Of a stretch of DNA of 32,000 bases, positions 27,002 to 32,000 are shown in pieces; positions within the stretch are counted from its first letter, which is position 1, and each line of letters starts with the position of its first letter. Below the pieces are notes generated by a model, which ran no database searches, was not told the DNA's origin, and saw only the letters and a list, made by a program, of their open reading frames with translations. The translations under genes and the position numbers were made by a program. Source of the DNA: Desulfobulbus propionicus DSM 2032 (GTDB lineage: Bacteria; Desulfobacterota; Desulfobulbia; Desulfobulbales; Desulfobulbaceae); NCBI RefSeq assembly GCF_000186885.1, contig NC_014972.1, forward strand, positions 2,940,001-2,972,000, in the 5' to 3' direction.

Positions 27002-28417
27002 CTAGTTCTCGATCTTCTTCACCGCCTCGCTGATGGAAAGCGGATAGGGATGATGCTTGCGAAGAAAAACTGGCATGCTGTTACGCGCTTCCCGGGCTGC
27101 TTCCAGGCTGTCATACATGCCGTAAAAGACGAAAATGGTGGGGGGAGAGGTTTTTTTACGCAAAACATAGAGTTGTTCCCGAACCTGATAATAGTCATCC
27201 TCGGTCAGGGTAGTTGCGATGCTCGACTGGGCCTGATCGGAGACCAGCATCATCAGTTGAATGGTAAAGCCGCCCTTGTAGATGCCGGCCAGCCAACTGG
27301 CGCTGGCGCCCAGCCGCTCGCGGTAGAGCTTGTCGCCATCCCGGATCTCCTGTGGGGCGGGAGGCGGCTGGAGAACATCCTCCACCGCCTGCTCAGTTCC
27401 GCCGCCCTCCCGCACGCCGGGAGCCGATGCTGGACGGGCTGTCGCGGCTGTTTTCACAACAGGCTCACCACCAGCGGACTCCTCTTGGCCGGTGCCGCTG
27501 AGCAGCACGCCGATGACCAGCATCATCGCCGCCACCCCGGCCAGCGCTCCGATCACAAGCCTATTGGAGCTGAGCAGTTCATAGATCTCGATCACCTTGT
27601 TGTCCGGCTTGAACGGTTCTTCCTCTTCCGGCTCGACATGATCCAGCAGGACCATGAACGATTTCTCCGCGCACGAGGCTTGCAGGGTCTCGTCAGCCAA
27701 AATGTTGGTGATCCGGAGATTGCCCTTCGCGGCACTGAAGATCTTGGTGACCGCCCCCTCGGTGAAGACCTCGGCAAATTGCTCACGGCGCATGCCCGCG
27801 GCATTGACCCGGTACCGGAGATACTGTCTGGTCTCGCTTTCGGTCAGATTGTCCAGGAAATAGCCGGCATGCACATCGACCTTGGCATGGAAGACGGCCA
27901 ACTGGTCAAGATTGGCGTCGAGTCCGGGACGGCCAGCAAGCACCAACACCAGGTCCAGGCCGTCCGGTCCGTCGCCGACATGCCGGATCAACCGTTCCAG
28001 GGCGGCGAGAAAGAGCTTTTCCGCCTCGTCGATCACAAGCACGGTCTTCATGCCGGACGCTCGGCGCTCGGCCAGCAGTTGCTGCAACGCCTCGAAAAAA
28101 TGCGTCTGTTCGTGCGCCCCTCTGGGGTCCATGCCCAGATCCAGACAGACAAGGCGCAACAGTTCATCAAACGAGCCAATGGGATTGTCGAGCACGACTA
28201 CCTGGTATCCGGAAGACAGACGCTCGGCGATCAACCGGCAAATCAGCGTTTTCCCCGAACCCTCCGGGCCAATCAGTTTGATCAACTGCTTGCCGGCCAG
28301 GATATCGAGAATCATCGACTGGCAGATCTCTTCCCTTTTTGCTCCCGGAAAAAAAATTTCCGAATCCGGCTCTTCCACAAACGGCGGGTGGGTCAGGTGA
28401 AAATGTTCGAGATACAT
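27002..28417 (-). CDS. ExeA/GspA-like AAA+ ATPase with TM segment and C-terminal SPOR-like domain (DamX-like architecture)
   Basis: MYLEHFHLTHPPFVEEPDSEIFFPGAKREEICQSMILDILAGKQLIKLIGPEGSGKTLICRLIAERL...VLVIDEAEKL; TM LVIGALAGVAAMMLVIGVLLSG; C-terminal FTIQLMMLVSD...YYQVREQLYVLRKKTSPPTIFVFYGMYDSLEAAREARNSMP. Confidence 0.85.
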   Translation of the reverse strand: MYLEHFHLTHPPFVEEPDSEIFFPGAKREEICQSMILDILAGKQLIKLIGPEGSGKTLICRLIAERLSSGYQVVVLDNPIGSFDELLRLVCLDLGMDPRGAHEQTHFFEALQQLLAERRASGMKTVLVIDEAEKLFLAALERLIRHVGDGPDGLDLVLVLAGRPGLDANLDQLAVFHAKVDVHAGYFLDNLTESETRQYLRYRVNAAGMRREQFAEVFTEGAVTKIFSAAKGNLRITNILADETLQASCAEKSFMVLLDHVEPEEEEPFKPDNKVIEIYELLSSNRLVIGALAGVAAMMLVIGVLLSGTGQEESAGGEPVVKTAATARPASAPGVREGGGTEQAVEDVLQPPPAPQEIRDGDKLYRERLGASASWLAGIYKGGFTIQLMMLVSDQAQSSIATTLTEDDYYQVREQLYVLRKKTSPPTIFVFYGMYDSLEAAREARNSMPVFLRKHHPYPLSISEAVKKIEN

Positions 28418-28648
28418 GCGCTCAGAACCAGGCTGGTGAAAGACGGGCTGTTTCGACAACAAGCGGGAAACGGTAACAAGTCATTTGATTATCAATGAGT
28501 TACTGTTTTCTGTAAACCTCTTTTTACATCAAAAGGCTCATTTTTTCCCGAAAAGGCAAAGAAACCCGCCATACACCTTCGAGCTTGCCTTTTCCCTGAA
28601 CCGCTGTAGGATTCGCGCTCAACCGTTTGAATATTCCCCCATAATCCC

Positions 28649-29332
28649 ATGCCCGTTTTCCGCCTTACCGACGACCTGCTCTTTCCCGCTCCCGAATTTG
28701 CCGAGGATGACGGCCTGCTCGCCGTCGGCGGCGATTTGCACCCAGCACGGCTGATCATGGCCTATAGCCTGGGCATCTTTCCCTGGTTCTCGGAAGGCGA
28801 TCCGATTCTGTGGTGGTCGCCGGCACCGCGGCTGGTTCTTTTCCCCGAAGAATTCCATCTGCCCAAACGGCTCAAACGAACCCTCAACGCCGGGGCCTTC
28901 ACCGTGACCGCGGACACCGCCTTTTCCCAGGTAATCGCTGGCTGCGCCACCGCCGCCGGCCGGCGGGAGAACGGCACATGGATCACGGGGGCCATGCAGC
29001 AGGCTTATTGCCGTCTGCATGCGCTCGGCTTTGCCCACTCGATCGAATGCTGGCGGGACGGCCAGCTGGCGGGCGGGTTGTACGGTGTCTGCCTGGACCG
29101 GATCTTTTTTGGCGAGTCGATGTTCACCCGCATGACCGACGCCTCCAAGGTGGCTTTGGCCGCCCTGGTCGAGCAGGCCCTTCATCGGGACATCGCCATG
29201 ATCGACTGTCAGATGACCACCGATCACCTGCTTCGCTTCGGGGCGCGAGAGATTTCGCGCGAGGCGTTCCAGGCCCGATTGGACCAATATATCGACGCCT
29301 GTCTGCCGCAAAAAAAATGGCGTCTGTCCTGA
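28649..29332 (+). CDS. aat: Leucyl/phenylalanyl-tRNA--protein transferase
   Basis: FPAPEFAEDDGLLAVGGDLHPARLIMAYSLGIFPWFSEGDPILWWSPAPRLVLFPEEFHLPKRLKR...YCRLHALGFAHSIECW...GGLYGVCLDRIFFGESMF. Confidence 0.97.
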   Translation: MPVFRLTDDLLFPAPEFAEDDGLLAVGGDLHPARLIMAYSLGIFPWFSEGDPILWWSPAPRLVLFPEEFHLPKRLKRTLNAGAFTVTADTAFSQVIAGCATAAGRRENGTWITGAMQQAYCRLHALGFAHSIECWRDGQLAGGLYGVCLDRIFFGESMFTRMTDASKVALAALVEQALHRDIAMIDCQMTTDHLLRFGAREISREAFQARLDQYIDACLPQKKWRLS

Positions 29333-29361
29333 CAGGTGCGACCTGGCAGAACAGACGCCAT
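29310..29361 (-). terminator. Strong Rho-independent terminator for the minus-strand rel gene, overlapping the 3' end of aat
   Basis: Minus strand: ATGGCGTCTGTTCTGCCAGGT-CGC-ACCTGTCAGGACAGACGCCAT, 21-bp stem with one wobble and one mismatch, then TTTTTTT. Confidence 0.88.
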
Positions 29362-29530
29362 GGGAAAGAAAGCAATCAAGCGAGGCTGCAACCACATTCC
29401 CGAAGAAGGCAATCCGACTTGGAACACAGCAAAACAGTTTCCCGGCTCGGCTTTATAGATGCACAGTAACCACCACGATGTCGGAGTCAAGCTGTTTCAC
29501 GCATCAGGCCCGTCTTGAAGCAGGCGTGCG

Positions 29531-31636
29531 CTACAGCTCCAGTTCGAACTCATAGCGGAGGCCGGATCGGGAAAAGTGGCGATCCACCTTTTTCAGGCCG
29601 TACAGGTTCGTCACCTGAAAATTGATTTCCCAATCGCCGATCAGCGCTGCGCCTTTGCCAAGATAGACAATGTCGATCACCTTCATCTCCTCGGGCGCCA
29701 CCGACAGCAGCATCAGCAGGCGGTTGCGGCTCGCCTGCATGACAATGATGCGCTGGTTCTTCTCGATCCGGGTGCTTTTCAACTTCCAGCGGACTTCCAC
29801 CGCGTCTTCCCGCTGAAAATTGATTTTCTGCAACTGGGTGCAGTCCTTGCGATGCAGGGAAAGGCCGCGCTCGCTCAGCAGGCCAATCACCCCCTTGTCC
29901 AGGGGGCCGGGTTTGCAGCAGGCCGAGGATTTCATCACCACCGGGTCGAGGGTGGTGAGGTCAACCCGGTTGAACACGCCGGTCGGCTGGAACAGGGTCG
30001 GTTTGCCGACGTAGAGGCCATTGCGGATCTCGTAAATCAGCTCCCGCAGCCGCACCCTTCCCTCGCCCAGCTGCAAATAAAAATCCTCCATGGACTCGAT
30101 GTTGAAATAGGCCAGAATATCGACCATGCCCGCTTTCTCAACCACCTCCCGGGGCAGGCCGTAGCGCCGCAGCTCCTGGGCGAGCACCGAGGCGCCGATT
30201 TGCCGGGTGACCGCCTCCCGCCGCAGGCGAAAGGCCTTGGACAGTTCGGAGCGGGCCTTGGGGGTCTGACACAGCGCCTGCAACGATGGGTCGAAATTGA
30301 CCGGCGCCTCTTGCCGGATAACCTTGATCACGTTGCCGTCACGCAGTTGATGGTCGAGTCCCACCTTCTGCTTGCCGATCAAGCCGCCGATGCAGGTATG
30401 ACCGATGGCCGTGTGCACCCGGAAGGCAAAATCGAGCAAGATCGAGTTGACCGGCAGGCAGATCAGATCCCCCTGCGGAGTGTAGGTATAGATTTCCTTG
30501 CGGCCGCTGGCGGCGATCATATCCCGGTAGGAAACCGAATCATCGCTACCGAGGATGTCGAACATCTCCTGGATTTCCTTGAAAAAGCGACTAGTGGTTC
30601 GGCTGTCGCCAGCCCAGTCGCGCACCATGCCGCGCTGGGCGCGGCGGGCCATTTCCTCGGTGCGGATCTTGAACAGGTATTTGCGGCCGTTGATGTTGGG
30701 CCGGGCATGCAATCCCTGATAGCCCGAGGGTTTGGGGCTGGCGATGAAATCGCGGATGGTCCGGGGGATGGGCGGATAGATCTCGTTGAGTACCCCCAGT
30801 GCCTGGTAACAGCCACTGCGGTTGTTCATCAGGATCAAAATTTCCTGCGGGCTCTCGATCTCCTTGATCAGGATACGGTTGCGCACGTCGTAATAGCCCC
30901 ACAGCCCCTTGGTGCGCAGGGTGACCTTGCCGTCCAGCCCTTCGCGGTCGATGGCCTGTTGGACATTGTCGACGATCTTGAGCACCTCCGGGTCGTTGCG
31001 CAGGCTGTTGATGTGCATCTGCAGCCGGCTGCCTTGACGGGGAAATTTGTAGGCCAGCGCCAGGTTGTAGAGTTCGCGCTTGATGGCGAACAGGCCAAGA
31101 ATGGTGGCCAGGGGGGCGTAGATGTCCAGGGTTTCGTCGGCGATCTTCTGCCGCTTGTGTTTGGGCATGCTGGAAAGGGTGCGGAGATTATGCAGCCGAT
31201 CCGCCAACTTGACGATCATGACCTCCAGCTTGGCCGCGGCGCCGCTGAAAATCTTGCGGTGGACCAGCTTCTTGAAGGTCTGGCGGTCGCCGGTGTAGTG
31301 GGTCACCTTGGTGCAGCCCTCGACGATCGCCTCCACATTGGGGCCGAATCGTTGGCGGATCACCTCGTCGGTGACCTCCTCCACATCCTCAACCGTATCG
31401 TGCAACAGGGCGGCGGCCAGGATTTCCGGGTTGCGGATGTCCAGTTCCTCGGCCAGAATCCGCGCCACCGAGCAGGGATGCATGATGTAGGGATCGCCGG
31501 AGCGCCGCCACTGGTTGCCATGGGCCTCGAAGGCGAAATCGAGCGCCTTCCAGAACACCTGGGAGTCCGGCCCATTGCCGATGAATGCCTCCATGGTCTG
31601 GCGGTATGCATCCAGATCGAATTTAACGTACTGCAT
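29531..31636 (-). CDS. RelA/SpoT-family (p)ppGpp synthetase/hydrolase
   Basis: HD domain AFEAHGNQWRRSGDPYIMHPCSVARILAEELD...AALLHDTVEDVEEVTDEVI...KLADRLHNLRTL; synthetase KPSGYQGLHA...EIQIRT-like FKIRTEEMARRAQRG; TGS YTPQGDLICLPVNSILLDFAFRVHTAIGHTCIGG. Start trimmed to 31636. Confidence 0.93.
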   Translation of the reverse strand: MQYVKFDLDAYRQTMEAFIGNGPDSQVFWKALDFAFEAHGNQWRRSGDPYIMHPCSVARILAEELDIRNPEILAAALLHDTVEDVEEVTDEVIRQRFGPNVEAIVEGCTKVTHYTGDRQTFKKLVHRKIFSGAAAKLEVMIVKLADRLHNLRTLSSMPKHKRQKIADETLDIYAPLATILGLFAIKRELYNLALAYKFPRQGSRLQMHINSLRNDPEVLKIVDNVQQAIDREGLDGKVTLRTKGLWGYYDVRNRILIKEIESPQEILILMNNRSGCYQALGVLNEIYPPIPRTIRDFIASPKPSGYQGLHARPNINGRKYLFKIRTEEMARRAQRGMVRDWAGDSRTTSRFFKEIQEMFDILGSDDSVSYRDMIAASGRKEIYTYTPQGDLICLPVNSILLDFAFRVHTAIGHTCIGGLIGKQKVGLDHQLRDGNVIKVIRQEAPVNFDPSLQALCQTPKARSELSKAFRLRREAVTRQIGASVLAQELRRYGLPREVVEKAGMVDILAYFNIESMEDFYLQLGEGRVRLRELIYEIRNGLYVGKPTLFQPTGVFNRVDLTTLDPVVMKSSACCKPGPLDKGVIGLLSERGLSLHRKDCTQLQKINFQREDAVEVRWKLKSTRIEKNQRIIVMQASRNRLLMLLSVAPEEMKVIDIVYLGKGAALIGDWEINFQVTNLYGLKKVDRHFSRSGLRYEFELEL

Positions 31637-31810
31637 CTGCCATCCTGCCTTCCCCTGGCTTTTCCTTTCCTTACCGTCTGAATGGTGTACAATTGCCTCT
31701 TCGGACAGTGGTGCAAGGTTGCACTCTAACAGAGACTCTCCCGCGGACAAAGAGAAATTCTCCCCGCGTGGAGATTCAACAATAACCACAAAACAGGGAA
31801 CAGAAACGAG

Positions 31811-32000
31811 ATGGCCAGAAGATTTCTCCGGGGAAGGAAACCGACGGGTGCGCCGCGCAAAAAACGGCATCAGCGTGGCATGCCCCACACAGCAACAGGC
31901 CCGTTGCACGCCTCTATCCTAACCCTGCTTGCCGAGCAGAAGATCCCCCTGACCACCAACGAGATTGCCCTGGCCCTCCATCTCGATCACGGCCAGTTGT
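31811..32000 (+). CDS. Probable ribonuclease R N-terminus (winged-helix region), truncated by the right edge
   Basis: Manual translation MARRFLRGRKPTGAPRKKRHQRGMPHTATGPLHASILTLLAEQKIPLTTNEIALALHLDHGQL: basic leader then an HTH resembling the RNase R N-terminal helix-turn-helix. Confidence 0.4.
   Translation, partial: MARRFLRGRKPTGAPRKKRHQRGMPHTATGPLHASILTLLAEQKIPLTTNEIALALHLDHGQL

Noticed and set aside
27050-28498. 482-aa plus-strand ORF
   Set aside because: Antisense to the AAA-TM-SPOR protein with intact Walker motifs.
28551-28593. AAAAGGCAA / TTGCCTTTT inverted repeat as a terminator
   Set aside because: 25-nt loop, short A/T-rich arms and no T-run after the hairpin; it lies between divergent genes where a terminator is not expected.
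29576-31681. 701-aa plus-strand ORF
   Set aside because: Antisense to the RelA/SpoT gene, whose HD, synthetase and TGS motifs are unmistakable.

Overview
The window is a GC-rich bacterial chromosome segment, consistent in gene content and Desulfovibrio-like adenylate kinase architecture with a sulfate-reducing Desulfobacterota member (inference). It is mostly housekeeping and core-metabolism genes. Left to right: the 3' part of a large GTG-start AsmA/TamB-like protein hidden on the minus strand; a response regulator / histidine kinase pair; a PaaI-like thioesterase; a PilZ protein; initiator tRNA-Met with terminator; a YbgC-like thioesterase; an apgM-type phosphomutase (possible homoserine kinase) next to hom; adk; a gmhA-like SIS protein; a deoxyhypusine-synthase-like protein; hemC; a cobA-hemD fusion; a small CULT-domain (cereblon thalidomide-binding-domain-like) protein without an obvious canonical start; outer-membrane / FG-GAP / porin genes; a response regulator-GAF-kinase; a HEAT-like protein; a DinG-type helicase; a polyprenyl synthase; a divergent polysaccharide deacetylase lipoprotein; ispH; an AAA-TM-SPOR protein; aat; a RelA/SpoT protein; and the start of a probable RNase R gene. 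The most notable feature is the bacterial CULT-domain ORF directly downstream of cobA-hemD. I found no CRISPR array, transposon or recognisable defence island. Many very long ORFs in the supplied track are antisense shadows of conserved genes.
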